Shown: in pieces, positions 36,500 through 48,573 of the stretch | Layout of the letters: each line of letters opens with the position of its first letter | How positions within the stretch are numbered: the first letter of the stretch is position 1 | Assembly (NCBI GenBank): GCA_976226885.1 | Contig: OZ320315.1 | Location: 111,600,001 to 111,664,000, forward strand | DNA: 64,000 bases | From: Iphione sp. A-MEVVRFRX5 | Taxonomy: Eukaryota | Direction: 5' to 3' | Notes under the pieces: generated by a model | What the model saw: the letters and a program-made list of their open reading frames with translations, nothing else | Told to the model about the DNA's origin: nothing | The model's database searches: none | Translations under genes and position numbers: made by a program

Positions 36500-36511
36500 A
36501 ATAACATGTTT

Positions 36512-36538
36512 AACATGGCGGTGTAGGGTCAAGACGTG
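36512..36538 (+). promoter_or_regulatory. LINE C 5' promoter-like motif (AACATGGCGG ... AGACGTG)
   Basis: YY1-like motif at +5 and DPE-like AGACGTG at +25 to +31 from the TSD-defined 5' end. Confidence 0.6.
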
Positions 36539-36683
36539 GTACTGGTGCGCTCTTGAGTTAATGCAGGTTTTTAGGTATTCCATAAACGATATATTACCTA
36601 TATATCTCAATATTATATCTGCAAACACTCTTGGATATCCCTGAACGCCTATCTGTCGTGCCACTTGAAGTTCTTATTGAGTT

Positions 36684-37118
36684 ATGGCCGGGAAAAAGAG
36701 GAACACTCGGAGTAAAGGAGGTCACTCACCTGAAAGCGTCGACCAAACAAAGGGCAGGGGTGACCACTGTCCAGTCAACGGGTCACCCACCGAGTCAACC
36801 CCCGCCAACAACAATGTAAGCCAGCGGGACGCCCGAGACAGCGACAACTGTATGAGGACCCCCGAAAAACAGATAAGTACCTCTAGCAAAGACTCTCATG
36901 ACATGGACTCCTCTAAACCTTCTCCTTCCTTGAACTCGCCACATTCTCAAACTAGTGACACTTCTCCTTCTAACCTTAAGAGCAGACTAAAATCTGTTCA
37001 GAATGAGATCGCCACACTCAAACATGAGAATCTAATGCTCAAAGCCCAACTCGAGAGTCTGAGAAATCAGTATCTCCATAGGGAAGTAAAGGATAGGAGA
37101 ATGAAACCATTACCATGA
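36684..37118 (+). pseudogene. LINE C ORF1, N-terminal region and coiled coil only
   Basis: Disordered S/T-rich N-terminus and heptads (LKSRLKSVQNEIATLKHENLMLKAQLESL); ends where the RRM should begin. Confidence 0.7.
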
Positions 37119-37278
37119 ATTAACATCTGCCTGGGTAGAAGCTCCTGTGCATGCGTATCATGGTAAAAGTCGTAGGTACCGCTCATTTTTTAATAAGCTA
37201 TATGACGGTCTTCACCCAACAACAGAGACAGTCTATCACTGGGCTACTCAATTCATCAAGGCAGCCCATCGCAACTAA
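37105..37278 (+). pseudogene. LINE C SGNH hydrolase C-terminal remnant
   Basis: Frame reads SAWVEAPVH...FFNKLYDGLHPTTETVYHWATQF*, aligning with TPWTSMVVH...YYDGCHL of element B. Confidence 0.7.
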
Positions 37279-37499
37279 GCTATAATGATGGTGAATAAAT
37301 TTACCTCATTCTGTTGCTGATGGTAAATGAATTTACCTCAGTCATACCAAATCATCTGCATTAGTCTGAATTTGATAAAATTATCTATCCCAAACCAGCC
37401 TAGGGTTCCTTAATAGACTATGGCTATAAAAGTATCTCCTGAGTATCTTTTCTAGGAAAATGTTGATGGTAAGTTATCCTACCTCAACAAGCTACTCAG

Positions 37500-37506
<7 letters not shown>

Positions 37507-37539
<33 letters not shown>

Positions 37540-37542
37540 CAG
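37507..37542 (+). other. T33-CAG tract (splice-acceptor-like) in the LINE C spacer
   Basis: 33 consecutive T followed by CAG|GTT, ~400 nt upstream of the ORF2 ATG. Confidence 0.5.
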
Positions 37543-37937
37543 GTTATGTCACTCAGATACACTGCTGGGTTAATTGACTTGACCACCAGTCTAAGCTGTG
37601 AGTAACCAATGTATATAACCAAAATGGTTCATTACCACATAAGTTTTCGTTTTGTTCCTAATACCTTATTCTCTCAGAGTGCACCACAGTATCACTTTTG
37701 TATTTAGTTGTATCGTATTCATTTACACCTGTGTACTATTTGTGTGTTATTATTTCATCATTATGTGTCATTTTCATATATTGTTATCATACTTACACTT
37801 CAATAAATATATGTTCAGTCTCTCACATCAATTTTCTAGTACAACATGTTGTCAAATTATATACTATAGCCTTGTATGCAGCTATGTAAGATTAAAAACC
37901 CGAATTGATATATTAAGACTCATCATATACTTGTTCA

Positions 37938-40770
37938 ATGACTGACTCAATAGGCAACTTAAAGGGTTTTAAGATATGTCAACTAAATATTCGATCTTTT
38001 TTCAACAAGGCTCCATTACTCAATGTATTGCTAACGAGTAACAACATAGACATTATGTGCCTCCAGGAGACATGGCTGACACCACAAATTGCTACGTCTA
38101 TGATCTCCTTCCATGGATATAATCTGGCCAGATTAGACAGAAATCATTACGATAACCCCACCAAGAGGGGTGGAGGGCTAATCCTATACAGTAAACATGC
38201 AATCAACCAGGACATATATAGTCAACTGAACATCAGTAGTGGCGATATAGAGGTCCAATGCCTACTGTTAACACCAGTGCATCAGAAAAAAACGATTGTT
38301 ATTAACTGCTACCGGCCACCATCTGGCTCAATACCAACATTTACTGCTGCAATCAGAAAAATTCTGGGATCAATTGATTATAGGAGAGAAATTATATTTA
38401 CAGGCGATATAAACCTTCTTGACAAAAACAGCAAGCCAGTGATTGAACTCCAACAGTTAATGTCCTCACATGGCCTTCTACCCCATATTACTGAACCGAC
38501 CAGACAAGGAAAAATGAATGGCACACTCATTGATGTAATATTCACTAATGTCAAACATATCAGCAAAGCGGGTATACTAACAGCTCACCTATCTGATCAT
38601 TATGCAACATACATTATCAAGAAAAAACAAAGAGGTGCCAGAGTGCCCTAACAATACAATCACTACTATACCAGAGTAGTCAATAATGACTATGATAGTA
38701 CTGAAATCAAGGAATATTTGGATAGTTTAAATTGGTACAACCTTTACAACGATGATAATGTTGATGAAGCCTGGGGATCTTACTACTGCAACTTGCTGGC
38801 AGCTGCAGACAGATTCTTCCCCGAGAAGAAGAGATGCAGACGCACTGACTACAACCCATGGATGACCAAACAACTACTGGGTCAAATTAGGCTAAAGAAC
38901 TACTACTTACGTAAGGCCAAACAGAGAAAGGATCCCGACACTACTAACATAGCAAGAAAGTTAAGAAATGATCTGATCAAAAATGTGAAATTACATAAGG
39001 AATTCTGTTAGATCAAGGATAGAGATGGATAAAAAATGTCCTGCTAAAATGTGGCAAAGCATCAAGGCTCTACTTGGTGATGAGAAAACAAAGACAACGC
39101 ATATCAACCTGACTGAAGCCCAAGACGATACATCCAAAGTGCCTAACATCTTCAATGAACACTTCATTAACTGTGGATATCAAATTATGAACAATGTTCC
39201 GGGTCCTAAAAAAACTGATGATCAAAACATACATACCTCCTCAGAAGAAGAGTTTGTACTGCAACAATTCACCATTGGTGAAATAACATCAGTTCTGAGG
39301 AATCTGAAAACCTCCAAGTCCTCGAATGTACCTAAAATCAATGCAAGAATTCTAAAAATACTACTAGGACTAACTCTTAATCAACTGACTCACCTGCTTA
39401 ATCTGTCAATTGAGACTCTGAGTCTACCAAGAGATTGGAAAATAGCAACAGTCATCCCTTTACATAAATCAGGCTCTCAACTTGATCCTAGTAATTTCAG
39501 GCCCATCTCTCAATTATCAATATTTGCCAAAATCATTGAAAAACTGGTCTACAACCAGCTATACAGATACTTGGAGCGCAATTCACTGTTAGCTAACTCT
39601 CAGTTCGGCTTTCAACAGGCGAGAAGTTCTCACTCTGCAATCCTGAAGCTACTGAATGAGCAATACATGTCATTGAATAATAACACGATCTCCAGTCTCC
39701 TATTCATAGACCTCAAGAAAGCATTTGACACAGTTAACCATGACCTGCTAATCCACAAACTTAAAGATGAGTTCAACTTCACAGATCAATCACTGACATG
39801 GTTTAGGAACTACTTAAGTAATAGACCACAACGAGTCAAGTGCAATGGTAAACTATCTGATGAACTTATTGTCAAATGTGGTGTCCCACAGGGTTCCACA
39901 CTTGGACCCTTGCTCTTCTCTCTTTGTATAAACAGTCTAATTAGGTTCATTAGTGAACCAGTTATCCTTTTCGCGGATGATACAGTGATCTACACTGAAT
40001 CAAAAAATGAAGAAGATCTATATCACAAACTTGTAATTACATGCAATGAATTAGAAACATGGTGCAATATTAACAGACTTTCTATAAATGCCAGTAAATC
40101 CAAAATTATGATTATTGGCAAACGGAAATCATCAAATGGTCAACCAGTAGTCAAGCTATATGATAAAATACTTGAAGTGGTGGATTCTTACCGATATCTT
40201 GGTATCAACATTGATGACAAATTATCCTTTCATATTGAAGCTGAGAAACTATGTAAAAATCTTGCGACGAAAATATACCAACTTAACAAAATCAAGGGGA
40301 ACTTATCTCCAAATATAGCCCTAATGCTGTATAAGACTACCATCCAACCAATAATTGACTATAGCACCATGTATCTAACCCCATGCACCAATAAAACACT
40401 CACTAGGATCCAAGCTTTGCAAAACAGATCACTCAGAATTATTTACAATATGAAGCACAAAAAGAAAAAGCTCAAGGCCTATGAAATACATAACAAGGAC
40501 CTACATCTAACTCTGGGTGTACAAAGCACATATGTCAGAAGAACTCACATAACTATCAAATCAATGTTCAGGGCAATCAACATTGGAATTCTTCCTATGA
40601 AACCACCATCAATCACCAGAGATGCTGATGGACCTCTTCTTAAACAGATATACACTGGAGCTCAACTATGGAACAAACTTGATCCAATCCTAAGAAACAT
40701 GTTAGATCCAAAAGAATTTTCTATAAACTCAGGACTAGCTTGCTACAAACTGGCTAACAAATTATATTAG
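37938..40770 (+). pseudogene. LINE C ORF2 (APE + RT); stop at 38649 and stop/frameshift at ~39010-39025
   Basis: QLNIRS, QETWL, YRPP, SDH, NFRPIS, DLKKAFD, GVPQGSTLGPLLF and FADD motifs. Confidence 0.92.
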
Positions 40771-42049
40771 ATAAATAGTACTAGATACTGTTGGACACGA
40801 ATTAATCAACCATATCGTTTGTCAAATTAGTCATATGTACATACTCATTCCCTGACATTGTCATTAACTATTCAGACTCTGTCTTGTATTTGTATTCCAC
40901 GCTATGTAAACCGTCCGATAGGACGATGGTTGGAATCAATAAAATATTATTATTATTATTATAATAACATTGACCCATTTCTCTGTTCAACTGATTTCAA
41001 TGCATATTTCTTATTGACTAAAAGATTTTCCTCAAATTATCTTCTATAGTAAAACCAGCAGCCTTATCAATGGTTGCCACCTTATTCTTCAAGGTTTTAC
41101 AATCGGAAGGAGAAAATATCAATGACTATGCAATAAAACTTTAGTTGGAGAAAAATTTTAGGTTGAGACAAATGATTTATACAAAATGTTTAGCAAAACT
41201 TACCTGTCTACTCATAGTCTTTTATAGACCTTAAAATCTGGAAACATAGGTATGTATTATCTTTGCCTATGTAGCCTTGCACTCCCTACAGAAGTGAAAA
41301 GACTTTGAATAAGGACAGTAATGTTCTGCAATGGTACACATGAGTTGTTCAGAAAATTTGAATGACCTGTTGTATGAATGGAATGTTCTACATAATTAAT
41401 AGGTAGATTACAGTACAGTATACCCCCATTCACCACCACAGCTGCCATCACCTGTAAACCCATGTGGCGTCAGAGGTGGTGGCAGCAACAGCAGCGACAA
41501 GAGTGGCCACATTGATCCTGACACTGACCCATTGACACTCTGCCTTCACATGGGATGAGTTTCTCGATGTACTAAAGTACTCCTTATATAGGTAGCAGCC
41601 ACAGCCTAGGGAAGATTCAAAAGAAATAAAAAAAGGTCAGCTGTGGGGGGTTCCCCCAGATTCATAAAAATTTGAGGCTGTGTGGGGGGTCTCCCCCAGT
41701 CCTGATTAGTCAAGATTCTAAAAAAAAATAAGGGGGGTGTGGGGCTTTCCCCCCACCCTAGTAAATCATGATTGTCACTCTTACCTTATTGGAACAGATC
41801 TGCTCATGTGTCTAAATCAGAAAATAATTCTGCAGACTCATCTGATACTCCTTTTTCAGTGTTTGCTTGGTCATCCTCAGTGGCCGTCGCTTCGCTGTTA
41901 CCATTCCATTCTCCAAGGGGATGTCTCTTCTGTGTTGCATTGGGGTTGTACACATGGCTTACTAACTCCAGGAATTTGCAGAACTAGTCACCACTATTCC
42001 TCATCATTTTGCTGCACACCATATATTAGACAAACTAGGAAGTGTACAG

Positions 42050-42830
42050 GTCTTTCACAGTTCCCAAACAGGGAAGTGATGCTCTCACTGTCCAGTAAGT
42101 AGATTCTATGGTGTTTGTGCATGATCCATTTTCTGTGTTTACAAACTCCTTAGAATGGTTCACAGTCACATACTCGTAGCCCAAGTCACCGAGTTTGGAG
42201 TAAGCTTTCCAACAGTCACTGTGGATCTTGGTGCCTGGTCAAACCCACCTGTGAATTATTGGCACCAGTGTCTTGGCCTTGCGGTCTGACAATATGCTGA
42301 GAAACTTTCAGTCTGATCCACATTTGATCCTACCAAAGACCAGGCAACCATCCTATTGTCAGTCTCGGTTGAAGTTCCTCTTTCCAAATTTTCACTTGTC
42401 GATTTCTACCTCCTTGCCCTCTCCACCAACATGTTCATTTTTGGCCTCAAGTATCTCACAACAAAGTTCTCGGCAACAATAATACCAATCCATAAGTGTG
42501 TTAGGGCATCCAATATGTAGCTCGTAATGTACATATGATTGTTGTGCTTTGCAGAAACAGTAGTATGTAAATTTCATAATTTGCTCCATTTCCAGCTTTG
42601 ACTTCTCAAACTATGAGCTGCTCTGGATACTGTGCCTCTTCTGACAGATTTTTGCACTGCACCTCCATATCTATTCATCCTTCAAGGTCTTGTCTTTAAT
42701 CAGTTTCACTGATCCTTTTCCACACTGATCACAGGTGCCAGAAAAGTTATCAAACAGCCCACACTATTGCAGCCACTGATGTAGTCGCTCATTTTCAGCA
42801 CAGATGATTGCAACATCATCACACCTCATG
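42050..42830 (-). mobile_element. Merlin (IS1595/ISXO2-like) DNA transposase remnant
   Basis: Zn-ribbon CDQC...WRC...C, then VGGEGKEVEID.*KFGKR, DR.A.TLVPII, SDCWKAY, TVNHS.EFV and TNTIES motifs, with stops. Confidence 0.8.
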
Positions 42831-43033
42831 CCAGTTTCATATTCTCTCTTCTGTCCTGACTCCATCATGCTCACTTTAGGAGAGCCCTGATTTCTAATCT
42901 GTTAACAGACCTTGTGGGGGCAGTGGTGGGGAAAGCAGGAGTACCTCGTGGTCAGATCCCTACCCCTGCTGCCATTCCCCAACCCCCCATACGTCAAGAC
43001 TCTTAAAACCAACATCTCGGCCATACTTACCAT

Positions 43034-43240
43034 CTGGTCTGGCTGGCCAAGTGGCTAGGGTGCTTGCCTCTTAAGTTACTGATCCGGGTTCGCATCCTGC
43101 CAGAAACCACAAGTTCTCACAGTACAGCAGACCCCCATCGCCACTGACACCACCACTTTCGCCACCTGTGATAGTAGTGCTGGCATTGGTGGTGGCAGCA
43201 GCAGCGACAGGGGTCTTCTTTTCCGTAAGTGCCCCTAATC
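43034..43240 (+). mobile_element. tRNA-derived SINE; a related body fragment lies at ~41405-41515
   Basis: A box TGGCCAAGTGG (43044-43054) and B box GGTTCGCATCC (43087-43097); body CCACC...GGTGGTGGCAGCA.CAGCAGCGACA shared with the 41410 region. Confidence 0.6.
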
Positions 43241-43947
43241 AATGATATTATACAAATAGCTTTTGACTGGACTATATATCAAGAGAATGTAAAAAAATTT
43301 TAATGGATGTGGTATGTATGGATGGAAGTAGAATAAAGTATATTCTGCCCATCTGATAGGCCATGTATATCTACACCCTGTTGATTGTCTTCTTTGTAAT
43401 ATTAAAGCACTTCCAATAGAAATACTTTACATACTTAGCTTCTATGATGGTGTTTCTATGATGGTACATATACATTCATGTGAACAAAAGGGCAGACATT
43501 TTGTCTCTTTGCAATTGAAAGAATGAATGGATATGGAACCTTCAGATGCCCATTAAAGCTATTTTAATACATATTTCCCACTGACCAAACTATCTGAAGG
43601 ATACCATATCAATAGATATGCAATATTTGCATACAACATTTTAGATCAAATCAAATGCTACATACCTGACTTTCAGCTAAAGCTTACCCTCTATTCTTAA
43701 AGTTTATTAAAAACCATAGACTGTAGAAATGCCATCTGTAGCTTGAATATACTGTATTGCATTACACTCCCTACAGACATAAAAAACTATAAATAATTAT
43801 AGTGATAGAAATTTGCTGGGAGACATACTTTTTTTGTGACCTACTCTATATTTACTTTTTCCCAGCCCTTAGTTTATACCTGAAGGTGTCCATATAAATC
43901 AACTTCTTCACGGAAGGTACTAGGCTATTCCATAACTTAAGACCTTT

Positions 43948-46900
43948 TTAATGGAACGACAACTTCATTCTTGGTACCTCAAGCAGCAAGGTCTGCCTGG
44001 TTCCTCTACTAGGTTTTGGCTTTAGAAGCTTTAACAGGACTAGTCTATGGTATAGGCAGGTCAATGTGTAATTGCCAATTTCCGTTAGTCCTGGGATACC
44101 ACTCATGCACTTCAGACGGCAGGAGGACATCTTCCCGTTAACAATGCATCTTAGACTAGAGTTAACTCACATTGAATAGCTAGCTGAATGGCTTTACAGC
44201 TAGATTGCACAAATGGTAGCCCATAAGTGGAGATTGGCAGTACAAACGACTTGAACAGCCTCACCCAGTCACAGATTGGCAGCACTTTTACAATTTTGCC
44301 TAAGAAATAAGACCTTAATCTAGCCTGTCATCTCATTGCCTGTGCCATTGGGTGCAAGGTTAGGCCATCGTTGAGTATGTAATAACTTGGACTCTGAGAC
44401 CTTCCTGATTTTATGGCCATTCATATCCAGATCTAGTTCCAACATCCTGCTGGGGCTTAATGTCATATTCACTGTCTTCTCTTGGTTTATCATTAAGCTA
44501 TTTGAGTTATATAGGAGCCCAGTAGGTCACTGATTAGGATATCAAACAACATCAGCCCCAGCAGGCTACCTAGTTGAACTCCCTGTCTCATCTCGGCTGT
44601 CTTTGACACTACACCATTACAGGCAACAAATTGAGTGTGGCCCGCCCTAAAGATAGTTACTAAACCATTCGACCATCGTTTCATCCCAGCCCATCTTTGA
44701 CATTTGTGCAATATCAATGGGTGTTACATGACATCAAATGCTTTTGACATGTCTACGAGGAGTAGTCCACAATGTCTTTTTTGCATCTACTGTACTATAG
44801 ACTTCACTCAATACACTGGCTGTGGCTGTCTCTGTGCTGCGCAGAGGAACAAAACCATGTTATTCTCTGCAGTACAGCTCATTTTGCATCATATAAGTCC
44901 GCATCTGGTCATGCACAACGTGCTCAAATATTTTGCTTACACTGTTCCATATCACTATGGGGCGATAATTACCAACGGCATAAGGTAAGCCTATTTTATA
45001 CAATGGCCTAACCCTAGCCTTTTTCCATGATTCTAGGAATATACCATAAGCTATGCATACATTGAATACATTATATATCATTTCCACCAGGACAAGTAAC
45101 ATATCCTTGAGAATGAACATGGGTACACCCAGTATACCAATTGGTTTTGTATCCTTTTGTTTTTTGATAGCTTTCCTCACTTGATCTACGGTAGTAGGAG
45201 CTAGCCTCCATATGCCAATGGTATGTTCTTGAAGCACTACTGGCTTGAATTGTTTTGCTATTGTGCTGGCTTGTTCAAGAAAATACGAGTTTAAATCATC
45301 GGGCACTTTTTCTGGACTAAGCATTTCCCCGCCCTCCTTAATTTGAGTGTCTGTTGCGTTTTTATCCTTCCCCAACACTTCCAAACTTATCAATGACCAG
45401 TATTCCTTCAATGATTTACATAACCTTATAGAATTCTTTAAATACTCTTGTTTTAGCTTTTTTCCAAAAGTTAATGGACCTTGTTTTTATAAAATTTGCA
45501 AGTGCAGACTATTGATACATCCTTTATCCCTAAATTCTCTCAAAAAGTAGTCACAATTTGCAATATCACGCAGTACTTCTGCTGTTACCCAGGGTTTCTC
45601 AGATTTTATTTTAACTCTCCGCCTTGGGCATTGTGTTTGTGATATTTTGTTTGATGTGGGATGTCACTTCCCTCGGGATCTTATAAGGGGAGGGTAATGT
45701 TGACTAAAGCGAGCTTCTATTACCAATGGACACCTTTCCAGTGCTGTCTTTCCTTCTTCTCTCTTCTTCTGCCGATGGACATCTCGTGGTGGTTGGATTC
45801 AACCTGACGACTCTTACCAGTACTGTGTTGCTAGAAGGACTGGGCCTTTACGTGTGACAGGTTTAGTGGTAATGGAAACAATGACAAGATCAGTGAAGTA
45901 AAGTTCAGAACTCTTTATTCAGAGTACATCAAAGGGATGGTACTCTCCCTCTCCTGACAGCATACAGCAATGTGGCAGACAGATTCAATAACACACCCTA
46001 AACTCATAACTAGAGGACGGCATTGGACCTGGGAGTCAGACCACAGTTCGTGCCTCGCACCCCAATGTAAGAGCCAAAGTCTTGCGCAGTGTTGGGCCTC
46101 AGCTGGTTCCGGCAAACAGGCTAGCTGGCTGGCTCGCAGGCCGGTGCAGGAGGCTGAAGGCTTGAAGGCTCTGGGTGCAAGCTGGTCTGGTCTCGTCTGG
46201 CATCCTCAGGTGGTGATCTCTGGGGTGTGAGAGATACCCAGCGATGGTGGGCACGCTCCTTATATCCTAACCAGTCTCATCATTGGCCGAGGGAGGAGTC
46301 CCTCTGATTCGCCAGCTGAGAAAAAGTCCAGATCTGATTGGTGGACATAATTGATGACCCCATGCCGGCGGTAGAAGATCAAAGGAAGTGTCAGGTTTAG
46401 ACCACCCGGGGTGGACCTTTGAAGTGAACCAGGGCTTTGAAGTGGACCACATGGCCCAGAGTCTGGCCAGGGGGTATGTCCCAACAAAACACTGATGGCA
46501 GGTCTGCCCTCATGAGGAAGGGGCCATGTGGAGTCTTAGTCTTTGAAGCGGATGGTCCACCTGGACCCATGGCCACCTGGCCTTGGCCCTCAGAACTCAG
46601 GGGAGCCCTCCCGGTGGAGGCCATCTGGTGTCTTGGCTTTGAAGTGAGTACTCTTCCTGGGGCCATAGCTGCTTGACCGTGGCTCCCCAAGGTCAAGAGG
46701 GGTGTCCCTCCAGATGGAGGCCATCTGGAGTCCTGGTCTTGAAAACGAGTACTCCCATCAGGACCATGGCCACCTGGTCTCTGTTCTCAGGAGTCAGGGG
46801 AGTCTCTCCAGAGGAGGGCCATCCGGCCCGGCCGTCGTTTAAAGTTCGGTCTGCCAAGGTCACAGTCTGGCAGGCCTTTGTAGGGTGGACCCAAGGTGAA

Positions 46901-48573
46901 GGTCTCTCAACCCTCGAACGAAGAGCATCAATGTCAAGGTCGGGCAGTTCTTTGAAGTGCAGTCCCAAGGTCAAGGTCTCTCAGCCCTTGAATGAGGAGC
47001 ATCAATGTCAAGGCAGCTGCCCTGGCCTCCAAAGAGTCTGGGAGTCACGACCAACAGTCCAGGGACTGGGGTTATCAGGTCACCGCCCAAGCCAGGCCGG
47101 GGCGCCCCCAATATACGACCAAATAGTATTGATAATCTAACATGTCTCTATCTCCTCCCTGAGATTTTCTTTGAACATGGACCAGGAGGTGTCCAGGCCC
47201 ACGTTGTCATTAGAGAGATTATCTACCGATTCTGAAATGGATTCTAGCATTTGTTTCTATCATCGTTTGACTAAGCACATTTCTCGCACCAAATCTTTGC
47301 TTTCTTTTCCCTGTTTTTTTTTGTGTAGAACAAAAGTAGGGTAATGATCACTTATCAGGCAACCTATAGTCCCTGCAGATGAGACATATGTCAAATTAGT
47401 ATAGATATGATCAAGGCATGATGAGATCGACTGGTGAATAAATGTTTCTTAGATAATGTATTCCTTTAGGTTATATGAGGTCATCAGATTTCTAAGGTGG
47501 ATCTTAATTGGTCTCTCATGTAGCCAGTCTACGTTAAAATCTCCACCCAGTATTATGTCTCTGAATTCAGATTTAAGCAAGTGAGAGCATCCTTCAAGTA
47601 TGAGGCTGCTATCCGAAGTTGGCACTCGGTTGTCAGTAAAGCAAGCCTATGTGCAGCAATTGCCTATGCTTTTGTTCGATTGTCACCCACAATCCCTTGA
47701 TGGCTTTGTTACAGAAGGTATATTCTGAAACTGTGACAAAGTTAAAACCTTTTTTTACATATAGCAACAGCCCCCATCCTCTATTCTTTTCTTCTGATTT
47801 CATATCAACCCTCACAAAATCATAGCCATCAATAGTCAGATAATGACCCAGCATAGAGGCGGTTAACCAGGGTTCAGATATGCCCAGAACCTCTGGGCTC
47901 TCATCATTTAGCAGTGAATGCAGATCCTCAAGTTTGTTGAAGACAGTATGAACATTCAGAAAAATAAACTCTCCCTTTTATAATAAAGAAAGAGATAAGT
48001 GAACAAACATGTGAAATAAAGTAACATCCAGCAAGATTCCTGATTATATTTTACCATGTTCCTGCCATTTTCCCAGGGCCAAAAAATCTATTGGCCCTGT
48101 TTATATCCATAATTTTAGAGTCCACAAACCATACAATCTGGTTCAATACATCTTTGGCATCAGTGTTATAAGACTCTATGGAGTACACTCTCCAATTAAT
48201 TCCTATTATTGAGTAGAACACAATATCTAAACCATTTTTTCAATTAAATGTTGTCAATACTTATCAATTAATCCTTGTACTGTGTCTTGCAGTAAGCGAG
48301 ATGCTTGTAGCGCAGATGAATAGAGCCTTTATAGTGTTCTGTGATATCGCAAAAGCTAGCTTGAAAAATGATTAATGAATGATTATGAAAATCATCACCA
48401 ACCAGATGCTCCAGGAAGGTGTCATACTGTAGCCCAGGTGTCATGCTTGTGTGTACAACTATAGCATCATCATGATGCCTCTCCAGCATCTGGGCCATGT
48501 CCTGTCTCCTTGAGTCGGCAATATACAGGACACGCTTAGCAGCGCATAGTTGATGGGTCATGTTGAACATCAT
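43948..48573 (-). mobile_element. LINE D: degraded, 5'-truncated CR1-group element (SGNH remnant, APE, RT) split by a solo LTR
   Basis: SGNH at 48573-48050 (VLYIADSR, QASFCDIT, VFYSIIGIN); APE at ~47975-47300 (FLNVHT, SEPWL); RT at 45411-44490 (NYRPI, GVQLGS); C-terminus at ~43948. Confidence 0.8.
45638..47142 (-). mobile_element. ~1.5-kb GC-rich solo-LTR-like insertion, possibly itself nested
   Basis: TGT...ACA termini; TSD TGTT/TGTC; removing it restores LINE D ORF2 as EEIET-QCPRRRVK; CCAAT, TATA and AATAAA in order on the minus strand; internal ~75-bp repeats. Confidence 0.7.

Larger units (their letters stand above)
36508..40962 (+). mobile_element. LINE C: 5'-complete CR1-group element with an internal deletion and an 8-bp TSD
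   Basis: TSD AATAACAT at 36500-36507 and 40963-40970; AATAAA at 40938 plus (TAT)n tail; the empty site is seen in copies 1 and 3. Confidence 0.92.

Noticed and set aside
43034-43105. Functional tRNA gene
   Set aside because: A and B boxes are present but the stems are imperfect and the 3' side runs into a repeated body, consistent with a SINE head.
46260-47235. Cluster of overlapping 60-155 aa ORFs on both strands
   Set aside because: They arise from the GC-rich repetitive LTR interior, with no gag, pol or env motifs.
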